Origin: Felis catus
Lineage: Eukaryota
Length of the DNA stretch: 64,000 bases
Assembly: GCF_018350175.1 (NCBI RefSeq)
Contig: NC_058368.1
Span: 225,434,001-225,498,000, forward strand
Direction of reading: 5' to 3'
Part shown: one piece after another, positions 12,310-25,019 of the stretch
How positions within the stretch are numbered: the first letter of the stretch is position 1
Layout of the letters: every line of letters begins with the position of its first letter
The notes under the pieces: generated by a model
Database searches by the model: none
Seen by the model: only the letters and a program-made list of their open reading frames with translations
What the model was told of the DNA's origin: nothing
Program-made: the position numbers and the translations under genes

Positions 12310-12509
12310 AGTCAAGTTTAAATTGAAGAGGTTAATCAACATTGGGATTGATGTGAGCTCAAGTATTAATAATTAATAATAAGTATTAATAATATTAAAA
12401 GCAGTCGTACAAATGATGGCTTTCAGATAATGATTAATATCACACGTGCCTCTTTCAAAGTGTCCTGACATAGACCCTTGGGAATAACTTTCAAAAACAA
12501 AGCAAGGGA

Positions 12510-12722
12510 GGGGCACCTGGTGGCTCAGTCGGTGGTGCGTCTGACTCTTGATTTCTGCTCAGGTCATGATCTCACTGTTCACGAGATCAAGTCCCACATC
12601 GGACTTTGTGGACAGCACAGAACCTGCTGGGGATTCTCTCTCTCTCTCCCTCTCTCTCTGCCCCTCCCCTGCTCCCTCTCTTTCTCTCTCTCTCTCTCTC
12701 CCTCAAAATAAATAAATAAACT
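12510..12722 (+). mobile_element. Can-SINE (older subfamily)
   Basis: Head, CTCTTGATTT, (CT)n, (AAAT)n. Confidence 0.9.
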
Positions 12723-12743
12723 GCATTTAAAGACCACAGCAAA

Positions 12744-12824
12744 ATAGGGGATAGCGGTGTCAGTGGCACAACCTTGTGAATGTACTTAATGCCACTGATT
12801 TGTACACTTAAAAATGGTTAAAAT
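12744..12824 (+). mobile_element. L1MB 3' terminal fragment
   Basis: GTGAATGTACTTAATGCCACTGA...ACACTTAAAAATGGTTAAAAT. Confidence 0.75.
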
Positions 12825-13040
12825 GGGGTGTCCGGGTGGCTCGGTCGGTTAAGCGCCTGACTCCGGCTGAGGTCATGATCTCACGGTTGATCAGTTCAAG
12901 CCCCGCGTCGGGTTCTGTGCTGACAGCTCAGAGCCTGGAACCTGCTTTGGAGTCTGTGTCTCCCCCTCTCTCTGCCCCTGCCCCGTTTGCGCTCTGTCTC
13001 TCCCTCCCTCTCTCAAAAATAAACATTTAAAAAAATTTTT
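12825..13040 (+). mobile_element. Can-SINE
   Basis: Full body; TSD AAATGG(T/G)TAAAAT. Confidence 0.93.
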
Positions 13041-13994
13041 TAAATGGGTAAAATAGCAAAAAAAAAAAAAAAAAAAAAAAGTAAAAAAATGTCAAGCCCA
13101 CTCTTGTCCATACCCCGATAGCACATGCTCCCTCCATTGGAACATCCGACGAGCCCCAGGCATGGTGGTCACACATATTCTAGTCATGGCAGAGTGGTCG
13201 GTTATGCCATCATGAGTGAACGAAAAACAAATCAAGAAGATAGAAGCGATTGCACTTTGAAACAAACGTTTCCTGCTATTCCTCTCCCAAATTTCTGGAT
13301 TCATTTTAATGAAAGTCTTGGAAAGTATCCCAAGACTGCAAGGTGAGGTGTTTCCTAAATGTTTACAACCCGCTATTATTTAGCTGTGTCACTCAGGATT
13401 TTTCTCAGTGCTGGGCACCCAAAGCAAATCAACAGTCTAAGGAGATTGCCGAGGTTGACAAGCAATGACAAGTGTCACCCGCGCCTTCCAAGTTCGCATT
13501 TGTGTGGCTCAAAATCGCTTCGTTTTACTATTTGCTGTTTTTAGTTAAAGTCGTCATAAGTCTGAAACTGACATGCATTTGTGCTCATAAAATGCTGTCT
13601 TTGCTCATTTTTTAAAAGCCGAAGTAGGACAGATTAACAGTGAGTTGTCTTGGCTATCCGTTAAATGATGATCTATTTAGCTAAAGAGGAACTAGATGCG
13701 CTGAAATCTGCTACTTTCACCCCTTGGGATAACTGTGCACCCCCAAACTTGAGGTACGACTGCTCCCCAAAAGTGCAGGACAAGCCACCAGAAGGAAATA
13801 AGCAGACTCACTGGGCTGGTTGATGCAGAAAGAGCCAGAAGTCCTGGGATGCCCCAACCGTGCCCGCCGGTCAAGTTGGCAAGTCTCCAAAACTCCATGA
13901 ACTGGTTTTTAAAGGGGGGATGATAGTATTGTGAATTTAACAACAAATAAGGAAGGAGGTTTAGAATTCAATTTCCATATGGAAAAAAAGATTC

Positions 13995-14146
13995 TCTCCT
14001 CCCTCCTTCCTTTCCTTTCTTTCTTTCCTTTTTTCCTTCTTTCCTTCCTTCTTTCTTTCCTTCCTTCCTTTCCTTCTTTCCTCTTTTCTTCCTTCCTTCC
14101 TTCCTTCCTTCCTTCCTTCCTTCCTTCCTTCCTTCCTCACCTTCCT
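13995..14146. repeat. (TTCC)n/(TTTC)n polypyrimidine microsatellite
   Basis: Seen directly. Confidence 0.95.
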
Positions 14147-14479
14147 GACCTCAAACTTCCCAACCCCCAGAACTGGGAGAAATAAATTTTCATCATTTGG
14201 TATCCTATGACAGCAGCTCCAACCAAGAGGATAGTTTAGAGAAGCACAAAAGTCTCTTTTAGCATCAGCTGCTAGAGTCCCAGACTCAGCAAAAGACACA
14301 CTTCACACGTGGGTGGACTGAGTCCAGACATGGAGTGTGAGAAAAGACAGCCAACGCTGCTTGAGATTAAGGATGCCTACCATCTATAATTTCTTGCCTT
14401 TCTCTCTCTTTCTCCCTTTTAAATGTCATGTGGACATTAAACCTCGCTTCCTTTTCTTCCCCTTACTGTCATTGGACTT

Positions 14480-14620
14480 CTCTAGACCTTGCCTTTCTTC
14501 AATTGGGAATAATAATATTTACCTCCCAGAGGTCGCTGTAAGGGATTAATGGTGACAATGTTCATAAAGCTCTCAGCACACACGGTGGCACTTGGTAAGG
14601 TCTCCGAAAGGCAAGCTATT
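14480..14620 (+). mobile_element. MIR 3' half
   Basis: GGGAATAATAATATTTACCTCCCAGAG and CACGGTGGCACTTGGTAAG. Confidence 0.55.
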
Positions 14621-14635
14621 AAAATTAACTTCCTA

Positions 14636-14854
14636 GGGGCACCTGGGTGGCGCAGTCGGTTAAGCGTCCGACTTCAGCCAGGTCACGATCTCGCGGTCCG
14701 TGAGTTCGAGCCCCGTGTCAGGCTCTGGGCTGATGGCTTGGAGCCTGGAGCCTGTTTCCGATTCTGTGTCTCCCTCTCTCTCTGCCCCTCCCCCGTTCAT
14801 GCTCTGTCTCTCTCTGTCCCAAAAATAAATAAAAAACGTTGAAAAAAATTTTTT
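14636..14854 (+). mobile_element. Young SINEC_Fc
   Basis: Diagnostic head; TSD AAATTAACTTCCT. Confidence 0.95.
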
Positions 14855-15039
14855 AAATTAACTTCCTGCCAATTAATTCCACGAAAAGTAGGCACCATGA
14901 GATTCCTCCCACCTGTCCAGCTCCTCCCATGCTTCCTCCTACTGCCCTTTTCCCTTTTAACTTTGACTCACTTTTCTGACCTGGCTTTACGTTTAACCTG
15001 CTTGGGAAAGCTCTTCTGGAAACGATCTAGATTAGGTTG

Positions 15040-15268
15040 TTCATGAGACTGATCTACAGCCATGGCCTACCGTGTCTCTTCTGTAGAACTATAAACAAAA
15101 TTACTTGCTTCCTGCTGTCTACTCCCCCTTTCTTTACCCCCACTATAACCTCATGAGGGCAGAGATTAACTCTTCTGAATTATCTTTCCGGTTGTGATCA
15201 GGGTGCCTGGCGTTATTATGAGCTTAATCATTATTGGCTGTAGGAGTGAGTGAATGAATGAATGAATT
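15040..15268 (+). mobile_element. L2 3' end
   Basis: CATGAGGGCAGAGA, GTGCCTGGC, (TGAA)n tail. Confidence 0.6.
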
Positions 15269-16939
15269 CTCAGTGAGAACTTGACAGTTATGGGAGTCTT
15301 CGTCTATGTATTCCTCCCCCACATTCTCCTTCCAGTGGTTTTCAAGGAATGGCATTATTTATTTTCCCACTCAGAGCTGGGATATCTCATGCTGAGCACA
15401 CAGCAGAACGCTCACCACGTTCAACATGCGTATTTGTTTCTCAGTCAGCCCAGTGTGTTTTATACTCTTTGTTCTTACAAAAGGTTTTGTAAACTGTTAA
15501 AAACAGACACAGGTGAGCAAAGGAAACCTTCCTGCCCTCAGCACAGACTGTGTATCTGGGAGTTCTAGGGGATCGGATGCGCCCTAGCGTGTGTCTACAG
15601 GATGTTATGACCCCCAACCTTCCTCCGGGGATGGGGAATTTCCTCCACTGTCTCTGAGTTTGTTTCATCCGAGTACGACCAAATGATCATCTTAACTTGC
15701 GATGGGGGATCTGTCACTGGGTCCAGGTCCTAGGGCTGTAACAAGGTAAGCAGAATGTAAATGACTCAAAGCTATAACCAAAAGCTGACTAAAGCTACAT
15801 TTTTACCATCAGCCTATGGCCCGGACAAAACAGTGAGCAGATCTCTGCCCCTTTCTGTGTATATGCCTGTGTCTTTTCCCTCTTAGGATTATACTTATTT
15901 TTCTACATAGAAATATAGAAATAACATGCTCCATGAATAATCCAGATAATTACCTTTCCAGAAGTCATCTGCATCCATGAGCTATCCACAAACCCCTGAA
16001 GAAGTAGCCCTCCTCTCACTGACACAAAGAAGTTATTTTGAAATCTCGCTAATAGCAGTCGACTAATTTAATCGATCGGTACAGTGGATAATGTAGACAT
16101 GGTGAAATCCACCTTGAACTAGAAATCATTCAGGTTCACTATCAACATTAATAAAAGCAGATAGAGGTAGTCTAGCATCTTAGGGAATTAGATGTGCCAA
16201 TATAATTGAAGTTTAAAATCCAATAAGTCTGTTTATCTACCCATAAAATTAGAATGCAAATTTAATCAACATAAAGCAACTTGACCATCAATAATTGGCA
16301 CAGGTTGGCTATTATTATAATTGCCATCATTCTAATCGTCACTAAATACCTACAGCTCAAAGGACACAGCCCAAATGAGGAATTTGGCTATTACCCCTTC
16401 TAAGTATAGAATGAGTTTGCAGCTGCCTTAAGTTTTTGACTAAATAAGTCACTGCCCGTTATTAAATTCCAAATGCTCGAGCTGGTCACAGTGCAGAGTG
16501 AGGGAATATTCTAATTTAACTGGTTGTGCAATATTTAGCAAAAAGGCACGGATATTTGTGGGGAGGGGTGTGCATAGGTTTCCAAGAACAGCTCAACAAA
16601 TCAACACTTATGATATGAAAATAGCCCCCCAAATTGTCAGGGCTTTGTTTCAGTGTAATTTTAATTCTACACATTTAATCCTACAAATATTACCAGTTGA
16701 TATAAATGAACACTAAGCCCCTGAAAGATCACATTTTTAGAAAATGTTCTTGAATTCTCAGTGGAAGTCATGGCCACTTGAGGCATCTTCATTGACCTAC
16801 ATGGTTTGGGTTAATGGCAACTCAGCCGTGTTTATAGACTGTCAGTCCCAATGGGGAAGAGTCCATCTAGGTTGGAGAGAGGTGTCCCACATTCTAACTT
16901 GTATCAGGAGAAGAGGGCAAAGATTTCACCTACGATTCC

Positions 16940-17152
16940 TGTGATAGTTAGCTTTATATGTCAACTTGACTGGGCCACGGGGTGCCCAGATATTTGGTCA
17001 GACATTTGGACTGAACCTACAGCATCAGCTCTCCTGTTCTCAGACCTTCAGACTTGAACTGGAGCTGTAGCGTTGGCTCTCCTGGGTCTCTAGCTCACCT
17101 GCTGAAGATCTCGGGCTTCTCAGCCTCCAAAACTTCATGAGTTAATTCCTTA
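16940..17152 (+). mobile_element. MLT2 (ERVL) LTR fragment
   Basis: TGTGATAGTTAG...TGTCAACTTGACTGGGCCACGGGGTGCCCAGATATTTGG. Confidence 0.85.
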
Positions 17153-18478
17153 GAAGATCTCGCTTACCCTATAAGCAAACAATTGCTCAGGCATGACATG
17201 TTCATTCACTGAGTAGTCCATGTTACTGCTCTCCCTCTGCCTGGGTGCCCTATCCCATCGTCCTGGTCTGACAAACACATACTCGCCCTCCAAGACCCAG
17301 CCCAAGTGTAAACTTCTGGAGTCCTTCCACAAGTCCCCCGGCCAGAAATGACTTGTGCCATCCTTACTTCTGTCAAGCACTGTGTAAGGTCCTCTGTAAT
17401 CAAACCTCACGGTTCCGTGTACGCCTTCCCTAAAACTCTGGACCGGGAGTGTGCTAGTAAATATTTACAGAGTTCATCACTCAGCACCCCTTTGCAGCCC
17501 CAGAAGCTAGCACAGAGCTGGAAAATGGTAGAGCCTCAAAATTTCTAGACTGTTCTCATTTATTAGCTAAAGTGGTCCTAGTCAGGGCCAGCGTTGGGCA
17601 GGTTCATGAAGAAGACAATTCTTTGGGCAACTCTCTATTTTTAGCACTCTTTCTCTCCCTTGAAGCTTTTACTCTTCCCAAGCTCTTGCTGGCAGTAAAA
17701 CTGATTCAACAATAAGAGTGATAATTCAAAGAATACATTAATGATAAAGCTGGGTAATGATGGTCAAAATGAGTTTAAAATTAAACTAATTAAACTAAAC
17801 TTAATTAGTTTCAAGGAGAATACCTGTATAAGGCAATGCTTATGGTAAAGTCACAAGAAGTCTGTGGTGGAATTTCACGCACTTCCTACCACTGCAGTTA
17901 AGATGTGGACCCTAAGGTATTTTCACCAGACTACCTCAGGTCATATAAAGCAGGCACCATATTTATGCTATGACGGTAGCCCAGGGCCTCCACTTTTCAA
18001 ATCTGGAAGCACAATCAGTTCTGCAAACCATAGAGCAGAGGAAAAGTACCTCTGCTTAACCAACTCCTTGGGTTAGTCAACACTCTCAAATCCATCGGTA
18101 AAGCAAATCCACTGAGACCCACAACACGCTGAACCGTTAAAGCCGGTAAGCTTCTCTCTGGTAGAGCCACAAATTTCCGATGCAACCAGCTAGCGGTGTG
18201 CCTGTCAAAGTTAGCTGTGCTTGTTTCCAAGTTTGTTTGGTTTTTTAAATCTAAATTAGACGTGTTATTTTAATTAAGGATTTAATTAGCTCATTAACTA
18301 TTATGAAAAGTAACGAAACAGGCGTATAAGAGGAAAGAGTATTCTTTTCAATGGAAACACAGAATACTGTGCAAAGATGGAATGAAATTGAGACAATAAC
18401 CATTGCTGTCAAAGAAAATACGGGAGAAAGCCATAAATGACTGGAAGTGAGGGAAGGTCCCAAAAATCCAGAAAGATC

Positions 18479-18664
18479 GAGGCGCCTGGGTGGCTCAGTC
18501 GGTTAAGCGTCTGACTCTTGATTTCAGCTCAGGTTACGATTTCACAGTTCTTGAGTTTGAGCCCCACATCATGTTCTGTGCCGACAGTGCAGAGCTTACT
18601 TGGGATTCTCTCTCTCTCCCTCTCTCCCTACCCCTCCCCACCTCAAATTAAATAAATAAACTTA
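18479..18664 (+). mobile_element. Can-SINE (older subfamily)
   Basis: Head, CTCTTGATTTCAGC, (AAAT)n tail. Confidence 0.9.
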
Positions 18665-18882
18665 GGGGCGCCTGGGTGGCTCAGTCGGTTAAGCGTCCGA
18701 CTTCAGCTCAGGTCACGATCTCGCGGTCCGTGAGTTCGAGCCCCGCGTCGGGCTCTGGGCTGATGGCTCGGAGCCTGGAGCCTGCTTCTGATTCTGTGTC
18801 TCCCTCTCTCTCTGCCCCTCCTCCGTTCATGCTCTGTCTATCTCTGTCTCAAAAATAAATAAAACGTTAAAAAAAATTAAAA
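18665..18882 (+). mobile_element. SINEC_Fc inserted in the tail of the previous SINE
   Basis: TSD AAATAAATAAACTTA on both sides. Confidence 0.95.
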
Positions 18883-19073
18883 AATAAATAAATAAACTTA
18901 AAAAACACCTAGAAGGATTGTGTACTTTGTTTGTCTCACGGTGTCCTTAAATTCTCTCTCCATTATAAGGAGACTCTTAGGTAGTATATTAGGGAATATT
19001 ATTTACCAAGCAAAATGGCACTATACTCCAATCAGCGGACCTAAACTCAAAACCAAACAGGTCTTCAACATAT

Positions 19074-19074
19074 C

Positions 19075-19115
<41 letters not shown>

Positions 19116-19216
19116 CACGTATATACATATATATATACATATATACATATATATATATACATACATATATACATGTATATACGTGTATACACACACACAC
19201 ACACACACACACATAT
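19074..19216. repeat. Compound (TG)n-(TA)n-(CA)n microsatellite and inverted repeat
   Basis: Seen directly. Confidence 0.95.
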
Positions 19217-20429
19217 TTAAAGTCGAAGAATTGTATCAGTTTTTAAAGTGATTCCCTGCCTTAACGTACTTCTTCAATTAAATGAACAACCTCTGTTCTC
19301 ACGGGACAGTCTCAATCGCTATCACGTTGCAAGAGAAGACCTATAAACTCTATAAACTTATCAGGAACTCACTACTTATGAGAAATGCTCCCCCAGCATC
19401 TGGCTCTCATCTCTGTCATTTTTTTTCTCACCTTTCTTTCTCATTTTTTCAACCTCCAAAAGGCAGAGAGGACTTGCAGGGACTTTCTGATCACCTTACC
19501 CCTCGGACATGATGCCACGTTATTCCAGACCAACAAGGATGCTTTTGGAATTGAGGACCAAGGAAGAGGAAGTAACGGAACCAAATGTCTGAGAAAGACA
19601 AGTTGGTTTTTGCAGGAACTGAAGAAAAGGATGAACTAAAGAAGCTGAAAAAATAAAACAAAACAAAACAAAACCAGGACCCAGGCGTCCTGGCCGTAGT
19701 TGGAAACTGAGAAAGAGAATAGCTTTATATTTTTAAGTCTCGCTTTCATTTACTCAACTTGGATCAGATATAAATGGATCTCAAATTGACACCACAGGCT
19801 TCCTGCAAGCTCTTCAAACTCTTCCTTTCCCTCTAAGTCTGATCAATAAATGACCATACTTCTGATGTGCCCCAATGTTCAAAAATAACACAGCCCTGTT
19901 AATGAAATGAGGCATAAAAGTCCTTCAGGAGGGCCTTTAAAATGTGGAACCAAACGTGGAATGTTCTTGTCTGAGAAAGGGTGAATTTAGCAGACCGTAG
20001 CTTGCCCTCTGGGCCACAGTGGAAATAAGTAATCCAAGATCAGCTCTCCAGAGCCATTCATCGTCCGAGTCTTGTCTTCTTACGGTCTTGGCAACGCTCC
20101 CAGGAGTCAGGTAGCGTGCACTATTAGCCCCATTCGTCCAAAGTAAAGTTTGACAATCTTCCCAGCGTCAAATAACCAGGTCCCCAAATTGGAGCCCAGT
20201 TAGTTGATAGGAACCAGGACATCAAGCAAGGACAGCCAGAGACCTGCCTCAGATCAACAACTGTCAGACTCCAAGTTCAGAGCCAGTCTGGAAGTCTTTT
20301 CTCTCCCTGCTGTGTCTTTTCTTGATGACACGCTTAGCAAAAAAAAAAAGTCTCCCCTGAAAGTAATTATCCTTTGTATTTCTTCCTCTTTGAGTATAGT
20401 CTTAGATGATATTTAGTACTGCAATGAAT

Positions 20430-20893
20430 TTTTTTTTAATTGCTGTGCAGCATCCATTGTATGAATATATCATAGTTTAGCTACTCTCCTATGGATGAAC
20501 AAACACTTGGGTTGTCTCCAGTTTACAATGTCTATACAACAAACAAACACTCTGTGAACGTGCTTAATATAAGTTTTTTCTTAATAGACCTGTATTGTCA
20601 TTTTCTTGGGTAAATATCTAGGCTTGGGATTTTTTTTTTAATGTTTGTTTATTTTTGAAAGAGAGAGACAGAGACAGAGACAGAGACATGCAGGGGAGGG
20701 ACAGAGAGAGAGGGAGACACAGAATCCGAAGCAGGCTTCAGACTCCGAGCTGTCAGCACAGAGCCTGACGCGGGGCTTGAACTCATTCCTTTCAACAATG
20801 TATTAGAGTTCCAGTTGCTCCATATTCTTACCCCAACACTTGGTATTGTAGGTTTTTTTAATTTTAGTCATTGTGTTGAAGGTGTAATGGTGC
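20430..20893 (-). mobile_element. Old L1M fragment interrupted by a partial SINE
   Basis: CCATTGTATGAATATA, TTGGGTAAATATCTAG, AGTTCCAGTTGCTCCATA. Confidence 0.75.
20630..20785 (-). mobile_element. Can-SINE lacking its 5' head
   Basis: Tail and body present; stops at GGGCTTGAACTCA. Confidence 0.9.
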
Positions 20894-22412
20894 AACTTTT
20901 AAAAGTACCCATTTTATACCTTATCCGTGGACCTTCTTAACTACCCCAATCTGCCTTAGTTCCAGGCTTTTGTCAATTTATCACCCAAAGCACCGAGTAT
21001 GGGGGAGAATGGTCCCATTAAAAGATAAACTCCATGAAAACAGGTATTTATGGACCCGGCACATAATAGTAACTTAATAATACTTGTTGAATGACGTGAA
21101 CGAATAAGTGAATGGTTATGCACGGCTAGACGTACTGAAATAAGGACGCAGGAAGACTGTATCTGTGAGCACATCTGTGTGATCCCCTTCCAGGCTCTTC
21201 CCTGCCACGCTGCCAGCTGCCTTTCATCTCCTTTCTGGTCCACTGAACGCTTTGCTGCTCTGGTGTGTTTCTATTACATCAAAGGGTGTCTCATGTCTAG
21301 TGTAAAGACATTCTTTGTTTCGCTACCCACACTCTCTCTGAACTGAAGTATCTAGGAGGCCCTGAATAAATACCTCCATCTACCAAGGTCGCATCATCCT
21401 CATGTATCAAATGAAGGGGCAAATTTCCCTTGCACTAAGGTATAGTGATCTTGATTCCTTCCTCATCCTATCTAAAGTCACGACTCCCAAGACAGCCTTG
21501 CTTGCTTTGTCAGTCTTTCCTTTAACGTTCTACGCATTAGGGACTGGGGCTAGGATTTGCTAAGAAGTTTGGGCACATTGGGAAATTTATGACAGAAAAT
21601 AAATAACACTGGGGTAGGCGTGGACAAAGGTACATTGCGAACATTTCTGGCTATCAAATAACTTAAACTACTTATGTTTTCCTGTTGAGCTAAGCCCTTC
21701 TCTTCTTTGTCAAATTTTGTAATTGAATGAGAGATGCCATCTACTCAATATAAATGAAAATGACTTCTTGACTTCTACTGAAATGAATGGATATTGTTAT
21801 TCTTGTGAAAATTCGTTAAATCGTAATAAACCTGACTTTTACACGTTCACAATGTTCCACTTATGACCCACAATTTGTTGCCTAATTCTAACTAGGGCCA
21901 AACCCAATGGCCTTAAAAACAACTTTAAATTTGTAAGTCATCAGAAACCACCACGAGGGTTAAGTAAAAAAAAAAAAAAAAAATGCTCTGGGCTTACATG
22001 TTCTAAAGGCAACATGCAACAATAGAAGGGGCATGTGACATTTAAAAACTGTAAGGAAAATGTAATTATATTAATAATGGACATATCCAAATTATCTTAG
22101 AGCAGAGGCACCAGATATAAAGAGTCTAGATCTCAGAATCACCTCTGGAGGAGAGCCACCCACCAATAAAGAACATCCATTTCGAACTTTACATGAATAA
22201 GAAATGAACTTCTATCATGATTGAGCCATTGTACATTTTGTACAATGTTTTTGTGTTTGTTTGTTATAGCAGCTAGTATTATCCTTTCTAAAACATCATT
22301 CCTATTTTAGCCAAAATGCATCACTCTCTGTGGCGGTATTTAATTTCTGATCCTAAAAGCAAGCATTTCAAAACCACCACCACAAAGCATTCATCAAAAG
22401 TAATTGCAAAAA

Positions 22413-22463
22413 GTGTGTGTATGTGTGTGTGTGCAAAAAAATGTGCGTGTGTGTGTGTGTATG
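22413..22463. repeat. Interrupted (TG)n microsatellite
   Basis: Seen directly. Confidence 0.85.
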
Positions 22464-23535
22464 TAATACAGGAGTATTTATTTTTAACACAATAACTACC
22501 TTGTCCTTCCTGTCTAGCCATCTATAAGCTTCCAGAATATTCTGTTGGACCCTCAGATTATTTTAGCAGGACTTAATCTCACTCCTTATTTAACTCTCTG
22601 CCATCATCTTTTACCATATTAATGTTCATGCTAATGATACTTCTAATATGCTGGTCTCACAATTCTTCAATTTCTTCCTTAATAACTTCCATCTCTATTC
22701 CATTTAAGATATCCAGTAAGACAAGTAATCACTCGAAGCCATCAACCACCAAAATATTATATTCTGTATTCTTTGTCTTCTTCCCTTTCCCCATTATCTC
22801 GTCCTGAAGATAGTGTGTTCCATCGTTACAAATCCCAGCCTCTCACCCCAACATCATTATCCACATCTATTTTCCAACCATACATGCCGAGCTTACATCA
22901 CACCCCAATGACTGTTTCACTAAGTGCTAAGGACATAGATATGAGAATGAGATACTCAATATCTGGAGCCACAGGGAATGTCCTCTGAAGGGGAACAGAG
23001 CCGTGTTACACATCCAGGATGAAACAGTATTGGAGACATGCCTCTCTTCCTTTCCTCCACCTCTCTTTCCTATCCCACTGGGAAGGGGATAGCTTTATCC
23101 AGATGAACCCAAGACTGGCGTCCTCTCCCCACTCCTGTCCCCATGTAGGGAGGACATCTGGCTCAGAGTCAGAGGCCTACCATCTTTCTGAACACAAGCC
23201 TGGAGGTTCATGTCTACGGCTCACTCTCTCCTGTGGTGTGGGCACAGCTACTGCCCTCTGTGGAATCAGCTTTACTCCAAGTGGCTATGAGATCTAGATT
23301 CATGGCTCGGTGTTGATGCAGGTCTAGGGCAGGGCTAGTAGAGTTTATAGAATAACTTTCTGAGTAGTCAGCTTGGATCTAAACTGCATGCCCTGGCAAA
23401 GCGTACTAGAAGTCTTCTAAGTAGAGGCAGAAGGTATATGTTAATCTCTGATTCTCAGCTGAGTCCTTGTGTGATCAGAACTCCAGAACAAAGGACAAAG
23501 TACAAAATATAGGCCCTGACTATATGTTCTCAGGG

Positions 23536-23713
23536 GAGACACAGAGCATGAACGGGGGAGGGTCACAGAGAGAGGGAGACACAGAATCTGAAACAGGCTC
23601 CAGGCTCTGAGCTGTCAGCACAGAGCCCGACGCGGGGCTCGAACCCACGGACCGTGAGATCATGACCTGAGCCGAAGTCGGACGCTTAACCGACCGAGCC
23701 ACCCAGGCGCCCC
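23536..23713 (-). mobile_element. SINEC_Fc lacking a poly-A tail
   Basis: Intact head and body, no T tail, no TSD. Confidence 0.9.
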
Positions 23714-25019
23714 AAAATCAGTGGTTATTTTAACACATGCGTGTGCGTTAGATATGATAATGACATATGTATCAGCTGTTATGGAAACAAAGAAAAAGAG
23801 AACAGGTGACATAAAACTCCCTCTGTCCAGGGATGAGTGAAGAACAGGAAAGAAGAAAAGATCAAGAAAGTTTCCCGAGGTAAATAACGGCCGTGTTGAA
23901 TCTACGGGACATGAAATGTTAACGGGCAGAAAAGGGAAGAAGACTTATCAGAGGGTGGAACAGCATGTGCAAAATCTGGAGTGAAGAGAGATCACAGTAC
24001 TTCCAGGAATTTTAAGTCCTTTGGACATGACAAGCGTGTTTGGTAGGGAGTTGTTAAAAAAAGAAAAAAAAAATCAAGGCGAAGCCACAGGTAGAGACCA
24101 ATTCACAGAAGTTTTCGGGCGAACTTTTTTCAAGTTTTGATCTGGGATCATTCCTGGGTTGTGGAATCAATTTAGCGGGTCATGACCTTTTTTAAATGGA
24201 AAACATCAGGGTCTTTTGCATTCAGGAAACTTAAATCCTGTTTCATAAACTTGGGCAGGGAAGCGGGTGCTTGTGTGTGCACTGGTTCCTTAGGTGACAT
24301 GTTGTCTTGGCTATAAAGTGACCGCTCTTCTCCAGGGGGTCCCCGTAAAAATGCTTTCTCTCGGCCTTGAAGCGGCCCATCCACCAACAAGTCCTACTTC
24401 AAGATACACAGCTGACGATCAGCTTGTTTAATGCCCCATTCGATAGCTTGCTGGCTATCCAGCTAGCTATTTATCATATAAATGTAGCAATCACTCTAAT
24501 CTCCTTGGTAGTTTATATTTTAAAAATACGTTTTGGTCCCTGATTCTGACTTAACTCAGTACCTTTTGGTCACAGATAGCTGAACATGGCAACAATAATA
24601 GTATTTTTTGGTTTCTTTTCCTAATTACCAACTCATCAATCAGTACAGAAAGTTGACACAGGAAATTATTTAGTGTCTTATAGAGGCACTTGTCTCACTT
24701 CTAAATTAGCGTGCCTCACAATTGAGCACATTTCAATAGCCAAAGATCATCAGGTATTTGAAGAAAGGGGCTCCCAGACAAAAGACAAAGGCTAAATACC
24801 AACAAATAAAAAAAGCTAAAGAAGAAACAGAGACAATCCTGAAGACAGAATGAAATGTTTAAACTGTAATTAATACCCTTAGGAAGAGAAGACATCAATC
24901 CAAATTTTTTTTTTAAGAGAGAGAAAAAGACATCTTGCCAATAATTTTAAAAGATACAATTGGGGAAATATAACTCAGGAAATGAATTGGAAGACAAAGT
25001 TTGAAAATATCCCCAAATC

